Under the pieces are notes generated by a model that made no database searches, was not told the origin of the DNA, and was given only the letters and a program-made list of their open reading frames with translations. From Bacillota bacterium (GTDB taxonomy: Bacteria > Bacillota > Clostridia > Lachnospirales > Lachnospiraceae): a stretch of 64,000 nt of DNA. Of the stretch, positions 25,168-35,453 are shown one piece after another (the stretch's first letter is position 1; every line of letters begins with the position of its first letter). The stretch spans positions 5,215-69,214 of the forward strand of contig JAEYFP010000066.1 of NCBI GenBank assembly GCA_023402845.1. Direction: 5' to 3'. Position numbers and translations under genes: made by a program.

Positions 25168-26346
25168 ATGTCAAAAAAGGTAGTATTGGCAGGTGCCTGC
25201 CGTACCGCGATCGGTACTATGGGTGGCGCATTAAGCAAGACACCGGCTGCGGAGCTCGGTGCAATTGTAATTAAAGAAGCATTGAACAGGGCGGGAGTTG
25301 CACCGGAGGCAGTTGATCAGGTATATATGGGCTGCGTAATCCAGGCAGGTCTTGGTCAGAACGTAGCACGTCAGGCTTCCATTAAAGCGGGGCTTCCGAT
25401 TGAAGTACCGGCAGTTACGATGAATGTTGTATGCGGTTCGGGTCTGAACTGTGTGAATCAGGCTGCACAGATGATTATGGCAGGGGATGCCGATATCGTT
25501 GTAGCGGGTGGTATGGAGAATATGTCTTTGGCTCCGTATACGGTTCCTCAGGCTCGATTTGGATATAGAATGAATAACGCTACATTGGTAGATACGATGG
25601 TAAACGATGCATTATGGGATGCCTTTAACAACTACCATATGATTACAACGGCCGATAATATTTGCCGTGAATGGAATCTGACACGCGAAGAGCTTGATGA
25701 ATTTGCTCTTGATAGCCAGCAGAAGGCTTGTGCGGCACAGGAAAACGGTGCATTTGATAAGGAAATTGTACCGGTACCAGTAAAGGTTAAGAAGGAAACC
25801 GTACTGTTTACAAAGGACGAGGGTCCCCGTTCCGGTTCTACAATAGAAGGTCTTGCAAAGCTTCGCGCAATTAATCCGGACGGCTTCGTTACAGCGGGCA
25901 ATGCTTCCGGTATCAACGATGGCGCGGCAGCCATTGTCGTGATGAGCGAAGAAAAGGCAAAGGAGCTCGGCGTGAAGCCGATGGCAACCTTTACAGCAGG
26001 CGCACTTGCGGGTGTCAGACCAGAGGTTATGGGTATCGGACCTGTTGCAGCCACGCAGAAGGTATGTGCGAAAGCAGGCATGAAGGTAGAAGATTTTGAT
26101 CTGATTGAAGCAAACGAGGCATTTGCGGCACAGTCTGTCGCAGTTGGAAAGGATCTTGGTTTTGATCTGAGCAAGCTGAATGTCAATGGCGGAGCCATTG
26201 CGCTCGGACATCCGGTAGGTGCATCGGGCTGCCGTATTCTTGTTACACTGCTTCATGCAATGGAGGCGCGTGATGCAAAGAAGGGGCTTGCGACACTTTG
26301 TATCGGCGGTGGCATGGGCTGCGCGACGATCGTAGAAAGAGACTAA
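25168..26346 (+). CDS. thl: Acetyl-CoA C-acetyltransferase (thiolase)
   Basis: Active-site regions [21 protein letters not shown] and CIGGGMG. The start at 25168 is 7 nt after GGAGG. Confidence 0.93.
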   Translation: MSKKVVLAGACRTAIGTMGGALSKTPAAELGAIVIKEALNRAGVAPEAVDQVYMGCVIQAGLGQNVARQASIKAGLPIEVPAVTMNVVCGSGLNCVNQAAQMIMAGDADIVVAGGMENMSLAPYTVPQARFGYRMNNATLVDTMVNDALWDAFNNYHMITTADNICREWNLTREELDEFALDSQQKACAAQENGAFDKEIVPVPVKVKKETVLFTKDEGPRSGSTIEGLAKLRAINPDGFVTAGNASGINDGAAAIVVMSEEKAKELGVKPMATFTAGALAGVRPEVMGIGPVAATQKVCAKAGMKVEDFDLIEANEAFAAQSVAVGKDLGFDLSKLNVNGGAIALGHPVGASGCRILVTLLHAMEARDAKKGLATLCIGGGMGCATIVERD

Positions 26347-26397
26347 TTTACTGTTTTGCATAAAACAGCAAATAGAACAATAAAAAGGAGAAAACGC

Positions 26398-27183
26398 ATG
26401 GAATTTGTATTGTATGAGCAGAAGGGTGCGGTAGGTAAGATTACCATCAGTCGTGAAAAGGCGCTGAACGCATTGAATTCGGCAGTTCTTGAGGAACTGG
26501 ATCAGACACTTGATGCAGTGGATTTGCAGGAAGTGAGATGCTTGATTCTGACAGGCGCAGGACAGAAGTCTTTCGTAGCCGGTGCGGATATCGGTGAGAT
26601 GAGCACGCTGACAAAGGCCGAGGGAGAGACGTTCGGCAAGAAGGGCAACGATGTGTTCCGCAAACTGGAAACATTTCCGATCCCTGTTATCGCGGCAATC
26701 AACGGATTTGCGCTTGGCGGCGGCTGTGAGATTTCCATGAGCTGTGATATCAGGATTTGTTCTGATAATGCCGTATTCGGACAGCCTGAGGTGGGCCTTG
26801 GAATTACACCCGGCTTTGGCGGTACTCAGAGACTTGCGCGTATTGTAGGCGTGGGCATGGCAAAGCAGATGATTTATACGGCGCGCAACATTAAGGCTGA
26901 CGAGGCATACAGGATTGGTCTTGTCAATGCGGTATATACGCAGGAAGAATTACTGCCGGCGGCAGAGAAGATGGCGGCAGGTATCGCAAAGAACGCGCCG
27001 ATCGCTGTTCGCAACAGTAAGAAGGCAATCAATGATGGACTTCAGGTAGATATGGACGTCGCAATTGTGGTTGAAGAGAAGCTGTTCGGTAATTGTTTCG
27101 AAACAGCAGATCAGAAATACGGAATGGAATTTTTCCTTGATAAAAATAAGGAAAAAGTAAAGGAAGCATTCAAGAACTGCTAA
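26398..27183 (+). CDS. crt: Short-chain enoyl-CoA hydratase (crotonase)
   Basis: MEFVLYEQKGAVGKITISREKALNAL..., FVAGADIGEM and AAINGFALGGGCE are crotonase-fold signatures. The start at 26398 follows AAAAGGAG. Confidence 0.9.
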   Translation: MEFVLYEQKGAVGKITISREKALNALNSAVLEELDQTLDAVDLQEVRCLILTGAGQKSFVAGADIGEMSTLTKAEGETFGKKGNDVFRKLETFPIPVIAAINGFALGGGCEISMSCDIRICSDNAVFGQPEVGLGITPGFGGTQRLARIVGVGMAKQMIYTARNIKADEAYRIGLVNAVYTQEELLPAAEKMAAGIAKNAPIAVRNSKKAINDGLQVDMDVAIVVEEKLFGNCFETADQKYGMEFFLDKNKEKVKEAFKNC

Positions 27184-27252
27184 AAAAATAATGGCGGCGG
27201 CAGAAATGCCGCCGACTATCATGAGGAAAATAAGTCTAAGGAGGACAATAGA

Positions 27253-28092
27253 ATGAAGGTTGGAGTGATCGGTGCAGGAACGATGGGTTCCGGTATTGCA
27301 CAGGCATTTGTTATGACAGACGGTTATGAAGTATGTCTTTGTGACATTAAGACGGAGTATGCAGAAGGCGGAAAGGCTAAAATCCAGAAAAATATGGATT
27401 TTCTTGTAAGCAAGGAAAAGATTGCAAAAGAAAAAGCGGATGAAATTATGAGCAGGATTTCGACAGGCTTAAACGGCATCTGCACGGACTGCGATTTGAT
27501 CATTGAGGTTGCTCTTGAGAAACTGGAAATCAAGCAGAGCATTTTCAAAGAGCTGATGGGAATTGTAAAGAAGGACTGTATGTTTGCATCCAATACATCT
27601 TCTCTTTCCATTACAAAAATCGGCGAAGGACTTGACCGGCCGATGATTGGTATGCATTTCTTTAATCCTGCAGACAGAATGAAGCTTGTTGAGGTAATCA
27701 AGGGCGAGAACACGCCGCAGGAAATGGTAGATAAGATCAAGGCGATTTCTGTTGAAATCGGAAAGACTCCTGTAGAAGTAAAGGAAGCTCCCGGTTTTGT
27801 TGTAAACAGGATTCTCATTCCGATGATCAACGAAGCAATCGGTGTATTTGCCGCAGGAACAGCATCCGCAGAGGATATTGACATCGCGATGCAGCTTGGT
27901 GCATCTCACCCGATGGGACCTCTTCACTTGGGAGATTTGGTAGGTCTTGATATCTGCCTTGCAATTATGGAAGTACTTTACACGGAGACAAAGGATGAGA
28001 AGTATGCGCCGCAGCCTCTTTTGAAGAAGATGGTAGAGGAGAAGAAACTTGGCAGAAAGACAGGCATCGGTTTCTTTGACTATTCCAAATAA
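27253..28092 (+). CDS. hbd: 3-hydroxybutyryl-CoA dehydrogenase
   Basis: VIGAGTMGSGIAQ Rossmann motif, SNTSSLSIT, and a C-terminal 3HCDH domain. Confidence 0.92.
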   Translation: MKVGVIGAGTMGSGIAQAFVMTDGYEVCLCDIKTEYAEGGKAKIQKNMDFLVSKEKIAKEKADEIMSRISTGLNGICTDCDLIIEVALEKLEIKQSIFKELMGIVKKDCMFASNTSSLSITKIGEGLDRPMIGMHFFNPADRMKLVEVIKGENTPQEMVDKIKAISVEIGKTPVEVKEAPGFVVNRILIPMINEAIGVFAAGTASAEDIDIAMQLGASHPMGPLHLGDLVGLDICLAIMEVLYTETKDEKYAPQPLLKKMVEEKKLGRKTGIGFFDYSK

Positions 28093-28157
28093 GCGGTATT
28101 GCTCTTTAACAGATCTATAACAATAAAACATATCAATTAATACGGAGGAATTAGATC

Positions 28158-29306
28158 ATGGATTTTGCATTAAGTAAAGAACATGAAATGGCCAGGACTC
28201 TTTTCAGGGATTTTGCCCAGAAGGAAGTGAAGCCATTGGCTCAGGAAGTGGATGAGACAGAAGTGTTCCCGAGAGGAACCGTTGAAAAAATGGCTAAGGC
28301 AGGATTTCTTGGAATTCCTGTACCGAAGGAGTACGGCGGACAAGGCTGTGATCCTTTGGCATACGCGATGTGCGTAGAGGAGCTTTCGAAGGTCTGCGGT
28401 ACGACAGGCGTTATTGTATCCGCACATACATCGCTTTGCTGCGATCCGATCATGGCTTACGGAACGGAAGAACAGAAGCAGAAATATTTGCCGTCTCTTG
28501 CAAAGGGTGAGAAAATCGGCGCTTTCGGCTTGACAGAACCGGGTGCCGGAACAGATGCACAAGGACAGCAGACAAAGGCTGTACTTGACGGTGATGAGTG
28601 GGTAGTCAACGGCTCCAAAATTTTTATCACAAACGGTAAAGAAGCCGATGTTTATGTTATTTTTGCCGTAACGGGAACGATTGAAAAGCGCGGCAAACTT
28701 ATTAAGGAAATCTCTGCTTTTATTGTAGAAAAGGGCACACCCGGTTTTTCCTTTGGTACAAAGGAAAAGAAGATGGGTATCCGCGGTTCTTCTACTTATG
28801 AACTTATTTTTACGGATTGCAGAATTCCGAAGGGAAATCTTCTTGGAAAAGAAGGAAAGGGCTTCGGTATTGCAATGCATACACTGGACGGTGGCCGTAT
28901 CGGTATTGCCGCACAGGCACTCGGTCTTGCTGAAGGCGCTCTTGAGAATACAATTGCATACGTAAAAGAAAGAAAGCAGTTTGGCAAGCCGATCGGCGCA
29001 TTCCAGAACACACAGTTCCAGATTGCGGATATGGCTACAAAGGTACAGGCTGCACAGCTTCTTGTATATAAGGCAGCGCTGGCAAAGGCTACACAGAAGT
29101 CTTACTCGCTTGAAGCAGCGATGGCAAAGCTTTATGCCGCAGAGGTTGCGATGGAAGTGACGACAAAGGCTGTTCAGCTTCACGGCGGTTACGGCTACAC
29201 GAGAGAGTACGACGTAGAGCGCATGATGCGTGATGCGAAGATCACGGAAATCTACGAGGGCACAAGTGAAGTGCAGAGAATGGTTATTTCAGCAAACATC
29301 ATGTAG
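28158..29306 (+). CDS. bcd: Butyryl-CoA dehydrogenase (short-chain acyl-CoA dehydrogenase)
   Basis: 382-aa ACAD with GLTEPGAGTD, QLHGGYGYTREY and EIYEGTSEVQ. It is followed by etfB and etfA. Confidence 0.92.
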   Translation: MDFALSKEHEMARTLFRDFAQKEVKPLAQEVDETEVFPRGTVEKMAKAGFLGIPVPKEYGGQGCDPLAYAMCVEELSKVCGTTGVIVSAHTSLCCDPIMAYGTEEQKQKYLPSLAKGEKIGAFGLTEPGAGTDAQGQQTKAVLDGDEWVVNGSKIFITNGKEADVYVIFAVTGTIEKRGKLIKEISAFIVEKGTPGFSFGTKEKKMGIRGSSTYELIFTDCRIPKGNLLGKEGKGFGIAMHTLDGGRIGIAAQALGLAEGALENTIAYVKERKQFGKPIGAFQNTQFQIADMATKVQAAQLLVYKAALAKATQKSYSLEAAMAKLYAAEVAMEVTTKAVQLHGGYGYTREYDVERMMRDAKITEIYEGTSEVQRMVISANIM

Positions 29307-29360
29307 GTTCAGAGGTAAATTTGAAATAGCAAACCAAACTATAAAAGGAGAGATTATACA

Positions 29361-30143
29361 ATGAAAATTGTTGTTTGTATTAAACAGGTACCTGATACAA
29401 AGGGTGGTGTCAAGTTTAATCCAGATGGAACGCTTGACAGAGCCGCTATGCTTACCATCATGAACCCTGATGACAAGGCAGGACTGGAAGCAGCACTTAG
29501 ATTAAAGGATCAGTACGGCGCAGAAGTAACTGTTGTTACGATGGGACTTCCAAAAGCAGAGGAAGTGCTTCGTGAGGCTATGGCGATGGGCGCTGATAAA
29601 GGGGTTCTTGTGACCGATCGTGTTCTCGGCGGTGCAGATACATGGGCAACATCCCAGACGATCGCGGGAGCAATCCGCAATCTGGAATATGATTTGATTA
29701 TCACGGGCCGTCAGGCAATCGATGGTGATACGGCACAGGTTGGACCGCAGATTTCCGAGCATTTGGGAATTCCGGTAATTTCCTATGCACAGAATATCAA
29801 AATCGAGGGTGACAGTGTTGTCGTAGAGCGTCAGTTTGACGACAGATATCATGTGTTGAAGGCGAAGATGCCGTGCCTGATTACGGCACTTGCCGAATTA
29901 AACGAGCCGCGTTACATGACGCCGGGCGGAATTGTTGATGCGTACAAGTCAGAAATTACCGTTTGGGGCAGAGCGGACTTAAAGGATGTGGAAGATTCCA
30001 ACCTCGGTCTGAAGGGCTCACCGACGCAGATTGCAAAGGCTTCCGATAAGGTAAGAAAGGGCATCGGTGAAAAGGTTGTTCTCGGTGCTGCGGAGTCAGT
30101 GGATTACATTATTGACAAGTTGAAGGTAAAGCATGTGATATAA
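29361..30143 (+). CDS. etfB: Electron transfer flavoprotein subunit beta
   Basis: MKIVVCIKQVPDT... is the canonical EtfB N-terminus; 260 aa. Confidence 0.92.
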   Translation: MKIVVCIKQVPDTKGGVKFNPDGTLDRAAMLTIMNPDDKAGLEAALRLKDQYGAEVTVVTMGLPKAEEVLREAMAMGADKGVLVTDRVLGGADTWATSQTIAGAIRNLEYDLIITGRQAIDGDTAQVGPQISEHLGIPVISYAQNIKIEGDSVVVERQFDDRYHVLKAKMPCLITALAELNEPRYMTPGGIVDAYKSEITVWGRADLKDVEDSNLGLKGSPTQIAKASDKVRKGIGEKVVLGAAESVDYIIDKLKVKHVI

Positions 30144-30201
30144 GGAAGCAAGGTTTAGATATTGCTTATTGCTGAAAATATAGCGAGGAAAGGTGAATGA
30201 A

Positions 30202-31245
30202 ATGAACTTGGAAGAATATAAAGGCGTATTTGTCTTTGCACAGCAGGTTGACAACAAGTTAAGCGGAATTGCATTGGAGCTTGTTGGCAAGGGCAAGGAT
30301 CTTGCAAAGGATCTGGAAACGGAAGTAACGGCAGTATTGATCGGCGATCAGGTGAAGAACCTTGCAGAGGAGCTTGCACAGTATGGTGCTGACAAGGTCA
30401 TCGTTGTGGATGATCCGGAATTAAAAGAGTACAGAACGGAGCCTTATACACATGCGCTTGCATCTGTGATTGAAAAATACAAGCCTGAAATTATGCTGGT
30501 AGGCGCAACGGCGATCGGCCGTGACTTAGGTCCGAGGGTATCCGCAAGAATTCATACAGGATTGACGGCGGATTGTACGCAGCTTGATATCGGAGATTTT
30601 CCGTTAGTTGCGATAGCGGGCAGAGAGCAGCTTCACAATCAGCTTTTGATGACACGTCCCGCATTTGGCGGAAATACGATTGCAACGATTGCTTGTCCGA
30701 ACTTCCGTCCGCAGATGGCAACGGTTCGTCCGGGCGTTATGCAGAAGGCTGCAAAGAATCCGGATGCCAAGGCTGTTGTAGAGGAATTTAATCCGGGCTT
30801 TGCTCCGAATAACAATTATGTTGAAATTATGGAAATCGTAAAAGCTGTTTCCAACGCTGCCGATATTATGGATGCAAAGGTTCTCGTATCCGGAGGCCGC
30901 GGCGTAGGCTGTACGGAAAATTTCCAGATGCTCAAAGACCTTGCAGACGCGCTCGGCGGCATGGTCAGCTGCTCTCGTGCGGTTGTGGATGCCGGTTGGA
31001 AGCCGAAGGATCTGCAGGTAGGACAGACCGGCAAGACTGTTCGCCCGAACGTATATTTTGCGGTCGGTATTTCCGGTGCAATCCAGCACTTGGCAGGTAT
31101 GGAGGAATCCGATATCATCATCGCAATCAATAAGGATGATACCGCTCCGATTTTTGATGTGGCAGACTATGGCATTGTAGGTGACTTCCATAAAATTGTG
31201 CCGATGCTGACAGAGAAGATTAAAGCTGAAATGGCAGCGAAATAA
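30202..31245 (+). CDS. etfA: Electron transfer flavoprotein subunit alpha
   Basis: C-terminal FAD-binding block YFAVGISGAIQHLAGM. The start is either the GTG at 30193 (ORF track) or the ATG at 30202; I prefer 30202 because of its spacing from GAGGAAAGG. Confidence 0.9.
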   Translation: MNLEEYKGVFVFAQQVDNKLSGIALELVGKGKDLAKDLETEVTAVLIGDQVKNLAEELAQYGADKVIVVDDPELKEYRTEPYTHALASVIEKYKPEIMLVGATAIGRDLGPRVSARIHTGLTADCTQLDIGDFPLVAIAGREQLHNQLLMTRPAFGGNTIATIACPNFRPQMATVRPGVMQKAAKNPDAKAVVEEFNPGFAPNNNYVEIMEIVKAVSNAADIMDAKVLVSGGRGVGCTENFQMLKDLADALGGMVSCSRAVVDAGWKPKDLQVGQTGKTVRPNVYFAVGISGAIQHLAGMEESDIIIAINKDDTAPIFDVADYGIVGDFHKIVPMLTEKIKAEMAAK

Positions 31246-31270
31246 GAAATCAGATACCAATGAAATAAAA

Positions 31271-31312
31271 AGAACGGACAGTACAATGATTTTGGCTGTC
31301 CGTTCTTTTTTT
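31271..31312 (+). terminator. Intrinsic terminator of the butyryl-CoA operon
   Basis: AGAACGGACAG (31271-31281) pairs with CTGTCCGTTCT (31296-31306) and is followed by TTTTTT. Confidence 0.85.
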
Positions 31313-31350
31313 GGTTTTTAAAAAAATACAAAGTCATATGCTCAAATGGA

Positions 31351-31830
31351 TTGCGGGAAGCAGACAATTATGTAATAATAAAGGGGAAAAAGCGGGTGAT
31401 GCCGCAGAAAAGAGGAGCATATCAAGTGGAAAAGGAAGTCGGATGCTTCAAGGTCTGGAAAAATAAGGACGGAAGAAGAATCATTTATTCGAAAGGAAGC
31501 GGAGTCGCAAAGGCTCATGAGATAGAGGGGCTTTATGAGACGATAGCGGAGTTTGCAAAGGAGTGGCAGGATGAAAAGGGGTGGGGTTATATCGCCTTTA
31601 TTGAAGCACTGCACCAGGTAAGTCCGAAGGGAAGTTCCCGTTATGTGAAGCTTCATGAAACGCTGGCCGGCGACGGCTGCAAATACATTGCCTATATTGA
31701 GGGCAACTCTTATGAGGTTTCCGTACAGTCCTCCAAGCATAAACAGATGTCAAATACGCCGGAGACGGAAAACAGATATTTTCCCACGGTTGATGAGGGT
31801 CTTGCTTGGCTTGAGACAAAAGGAATCTAA
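31351..31830 (+). CDS. Hypothetical protein (no recognisable domain)
   Basis: 159-aa ORF bracketed by two strong terminators. An alternative start is MPQKRG at 31399. No motif I can name. Confidence 0.45.
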   Translation: MREADNYVIIKGKKRVMPQKRGAYQVEKEVGCFKVWKNKDGRRIIYSKGSGVAKAHEIEGLYETIAEFAKEWQDEKGWGYIAFIEALHQVSPKGSSRYVKLHETLAGDGCKYIAYIEGNSYEVSVQSSKHKQMSNTPETENRYFPTVDEGLAWLETKGI

Positions 31831-31876
31831 AAAAATCCTTCCCGATGCACAGAAATGCAGGGGAAGGATTTTTTAT
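31831..31876. terminator. Bidirectional intrinsic terminator
   Basis: An A-run, then ATCCTTCCC (31835-31843), then GGGAAGGAT (31861-31869), then TTTTTT. It lies between convergent genes. Confidence 0.8.
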
Positions 31877-31904
31877 TTCATAAAAAAACGTGTATATTTT
31901 CTGT

Positions 31905-32933
31905 TTAAGCTTTCCTTTTCAAAATAAAATGCAGCTCTGAAGAAAACTCGCTTTTATCTAAGGCCAATTGCAGTTCGTCCATAAGAGGGACGAATTTTTC
32001 GGAGAAGAAAGAAGCAAATTCCTGATTGCCGGACTTTGAGAGAGAGACAGTTAAAAAGCGGTATAGATCGTTAATGTCTGAGCCAAACCGCCACTCATAA
32101 GCTATTTCAAAATCCATCTGCTCCGCCAGATAACGGACCGATTCGTTGGAAAACAGATGGGTATGCGTGCCGCCGGTATGTCGGTTGTAGCATTGCTGAT
32201 TGGCTGCCTCGAAAGCACAGCTGAAGGAAAACATAGGGACTGAAGCATATAGATACCGGATGCTTTTGTTGTCTCTGATTGCATCCAGATTTTCCTTCAA
32301 ATTAATCAAATGTTCCAATACGCCGATGGCTGAGACGATGCCGGCGTCTGTTTTCTTGATATAATCAATTGAGTCATGCAGGCCCACATGCTTGAGAATT
32401 GTTTCGCCGGCCATTGCATTGCCGTAGTCGACCTGATTTTTGGAAATCTCCACGCCGTCAGCCTGCATACCGAGCTTTTTTGCCGCAGCAACAAAATAAC
32501 CGCAGCCAGCACCGATATCAAGCAGTTTCAAATCGGAAAGCTGCTCCTGTTCCATACAGGATTTTAAAAATTCTGCCTTCGGAAGATAGATCGCAGTAAG
32601 ACGGCGGTCATATTCCTCCCGGTCCTTGGCACTGTAGTTTCTGGAATAGTCATCTTCAATATAGACCTTGCTTGCGAAGTCGTCGGTATCCTCGAATTCA
32701 CCGTTTAAATGTCCGCATCGGGCACATGGAATGTAGCCGATACCATGGCTTGTAAAAAGCGGTGCGCCGAGCTTTTCTCCGCAGATTTTACAATGGGAGC
32801 GCTTTGGCTGCGCCGAAAAAATTTTTGCCATGTCGTCCGCCATTTTAAGCATCCCATCATTATTCTCAAAAAAATTTGCTTTTAATTTATTCAGATCGCC
32901 AAATGGCTTCCCATAGTTCTTTTTACTACTCAT
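31905..32933 (-). CDS. Class I SAM-dependent methyltransferase with N-terminal zinc ribbon
   Basis: CKICGEKL...CARCGHLN is a Cys4 ribbon. LLDIGAGCGYF is SAM motif I. Confidence 0.78.
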   Translation of the reverse strand: MSSKKNYGKPFGDLNKLKANFFENNDGMLKMADDMAKIFSAQPKRSHCKICGEKLGAPLFTSHGIGYIPCARCGHLNGEFEDTDDFASKVYIEDDYSRNYSAKDREEYDRRLTAIYLPKAEFLKSCMEQEQLSDLKLLDIGAGCGYFVAAAKKLGMQADGVEISKNQVDYGNAMAGETILKHVGLHDSIDYIKKTDAGIVSAIGVLEHLINLKENLDAIRDNKSIRYLYASVPMFSFSCAFEAANQQCYNRHTGGTHTHLFSNESVRYLAEQMDFEIAYEWRFGSDINDLYRFLTVSLSKSGNQEFASFFSEKFVPLMDELQLALDKSEFSSELHFILKRKA

Positions 32934-32951
32934 TTGATATCTCCCTTGAGG

Positions 32952-33368
32952 TCAGTTTGCCTGCAGTGCCAACACTTCCTCTGCGATTTTTGCGGCATCC
33001 TCAATACAGCCGTCACAGGATCGCAAAACGCTGCCGGTTTCGATTCCCTTTAAGACTTTGCAGATGGTCGTTCCGTTTTTCTCCTGAAACTTATCAATGA
33101 TGGCCGAAGAAAGCCGATAAGTCTCAGCCTTTGTGACGGGGTTGTCGAGGGCGCCGCTGCTGTTTTTAAAGCCGGCGACCATGACAGCACCGGAAATGGC
33201 ACCGCAGGTACATTCCATGCCGCCCATGCCGAGTCCAAAGCCTTCCCCTGCCTTGAACATGATCGTCTCGTCAACTCCGACATCTTTGCAGAAAGCGCAG
33301 GCGACAGCCTGACAGCAGTTATATTTTTTTTTATGATTATCAAGTGCCTGTTGTACTCTGTCGCTCAT
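32952..33368 (-). CDS. C_GCAxxG_C_C family protein (putative redox-active protein)
   Basis: YNCCQAVACAF, the CTCGAISGAVMV core (a GCAxxG variant), and C-terminal CDGC. I chose the start at 33368 (MSDRVQQ...). Confidence 0.75.
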   Translation of the reverse strand: MSDRVQQALDNHKKKYNCCQAVACAFCKDVGVDETIMFKAGEGFGLGMGGMECTCGAISGAVMVAGFKNSSGALDNPVTKAETYRLSSAIIDKFQEKNGTTICKVLKGIETGSVLRSCDGCIEDAAKIAEEVLALQAN

Positions 33369-33401
33369 CAATACATTCCCATGCTTTCCTAAAATCAAAA
33401 G

Positions 33402-34469
33402 TTAATAGATCAGTGCTTTTTCCTCACCGTTCATAACACGTAAACCACCCTGTGCGAGGGCAAGCAGCTCGTCCTCACCCGGATATACGGTAAAAGGCGC
33501 AACCCATTCCGTTCTTGCTTTGAGCCCGGCAACGACGGCCTTGTCGTATGCGATGCCGCCGGTGACGATGATCTGATCCACATTTCCATCCAGCACACAA
33601 GCCATTGCACCGATATTCTTAGATACTTGAAGAACGAATGCATCCCTGATTTCCTTCGCATTTTCATCCCCGTCATTTACCATTTTCTCGACATCACGCA
33701 TATCATTCGTACCAAGGTAGGCATTGAAGCCTCCGTTGCCGACAATTTTTCCGTAGACTTCTTTCTCTGAATAATTGCCGGAGAAGCACATTTTAACCAA
33801 TGCGCCGGAAGGAACGCCGCCGGCTCTCTCCGGTGAAAAAGCACCGTCACCGTCAAGCGCGTTGAAAATATCAATTACCTTTCCGTTTTTATGAGGTCCT
33901 ACCGAAACACCGCCGCCCATATGTACGACGATCAGATTCAAATCTTCGTATGCCCGGCCAATTTCCTTGGCATAACGCTTTGCAACCGCCTTCTGATTGA
34001 GTGCATGGAAAATGCTGACACGGGGCAGCTCGGGAACTCCCGAATATCTGGCAATCGGTATCAGTTCATCTACAACAGTGGGATCTACAATATAAGACGG
34101 AGCATTGATGGAATCTGCAATTTCTCTTGCAAGAATGCCTCCGAGGTTAGATGCATGCTGTCCCTGCACACCAATTTTTAAATCTGCAATCAGGGCATCC
34201 GTAACCGCATACGTACCTCCCGGAATCGGCTTCAGCATACCGCCACGGCCGATAACGACATTAAGTGAGCCGATATCAAAGTTTTTCTCTTTTAATAAAT
34301 GAAGGATAATATCTTTTCTGAAATCCTTCTGCGCTACGATGGAATCATATTTTGCGATTTCCTCCGTAGGATGTCTGAGAGTCTCTTCGAACAGTAATTG
34401 TTCGTCCTCAAACACACCGATTTTCGTAGACGTGGAACCTGGGTTGATAATTAAACTCTTGATTGGCAT
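33402..34469 (-). CDS. buk: Butyrate kinase
   Basis: [16 protein letters not shown]-terminus, HASNLGG, and 355-aa acetate/butyrate kinase architecture. It lies immediately downstream of ptb. Confidence 0.92.
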   Translation of the reverse strand: MPIKSLIINPGSTSTKIGVFEDEQLLFEETLRHPTEEIAKYDSIVAQKDFRKDIILHLLKEKNFDIGSLNVVIGRGGMLKPIPGGTYAVTDALIADLKIGVQGQHASNLGGILAREIADSINAPSYIVDPTVVDELIPIARYSGVPELPRVSIFHALNQKAVAKRYAKEIGRAYEDLNLIVVHMGGGVSVGPHKNGKVIDIFNALDGDGAFSPERAGGVPSGALVKMCFSGNYSEKEVYGKIVGNGGFNAYLGTNDMRDVEKMVNDGDENAKEIRDAFVLQVSKNIGAMACVLDGNVDQIIVTGGIAYDKAVVAGLKARTEWVAPFTVYPGEDELLALAQGGLRVMNGEEKALIY

Positions 34470-34532
34470 TGTAGTTTCTCCTTTTTGTGGATTTATGTTT
34501 TTTTCTGCTGCAATTGTGTCTGTTAATGGTTT

Positions 34533-35453
34533 TTATTGGTTTTTGGACAGTTCTTCTGCCACGATGGCAGCGAGCGCAATCGAATTGACCTTCGTCTCAA
34601 ACGTATCGGAGCGGGAGGTCAGGATGACAGGAGCCTTCGTACCTGTCAAAATACAGCCGTTCTTTACCTTTGCAAGGCGGACAATCGCTTTGTATACGAG
34701 GTTGCCCGCATGGATATCCGGAAACAGAAGGATATCTGCATCACCGACGATCTTGCGGTCAAGTGCTCCCTTATGCTTTGCGGCCTCGGGATCGATTGCG
34801 AGATCAAGGGAAAGCGGTCCGTCCACGATGCAGCCGGTAATTTCACCTGCTTCGTTCATCTTTGTAAGCTGATCGGCCTCAACCGTAACTGGCATTTTGG
34901 GGTTGACAACTTCTACGGCTGCAAGAGGAGCAACCTTCGGACACGGAATACCGCACGCCTTGGCAACATCCTTCGTGTAGTTAATGATCGCAACCTTGTC
35001 CTCCAGAGTCGGATACGGCATAAAGGCAACATCCGTTAAAAACAGAAGCCGGTCGATGCCCTCAATTTCAAATACACATACGTGGGACAACGGATTTCCT
35101 GTACGGAGTCCGACTTCTTTATTCAGCACACTCTTTAAAAACATTTTGCTGTCAGTCAGGCCCTTCATGTACATGTCAGCCTTGCCGTCGTGTACGAGCT
35201 TGACCGCAGTCAGGGCCGCCTGCTCCATGTCCTTTTCGTCAATAATCTCATAGCCAGTCAAGTCTATGCTTAAGGAAGCTGCAATGCTTCGGATTTCTGT
35301 CTCATCACCCACAAGGATCGCATCCGCAATGCCGCGTGCTTTCGCTTCGCTGACAGCCTCGAGAATGGGGGCATCCTGCGCCGCTGCAACAGCAACTTTC
35401 TTTTTGCTGCACTCGGACAGCTTCTTAAGTAAATCGTCAAATGTTCTTGTCAT
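34533..35453 (-). CDS. ptb: Phosphate butyryltransferase
   Basis: ~300-aa PTA_PTB family protein (…VAVAAAQDAPILEAV…, …SRSD…). I chose the start ATG at 35453, which follows AGAGG; a GTG at 35462 is also possible. Confidence 0.9.
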   Translation of the reverse strand: MTRTFDDLLKKLSECSKKKVAVAAAQDAPILEAVSEAKARGIADAILVGDETEIRSIAASLSIDLTGYEIIDEKDMEQAALTAVKLVHDGKADMYMKGLTDSKMFLKSVLNKEVGLRTGNPLSHVCVFEIEGIDRLLFLTDVAFMPYPTLEDKVAIINYTKDVAKACGIPCPKVAPLAAVEVVNPKMPVTVEADQLTKMNEAGEITGCIVDGPLSLDLAIDPEAAKHKGALDRKIVGDADILLFPDIHAGNLVYKAIVRLAKVKNGCILTGTKAPVILTSRSDTFETKVNSIALAAIVAEELSKNQ

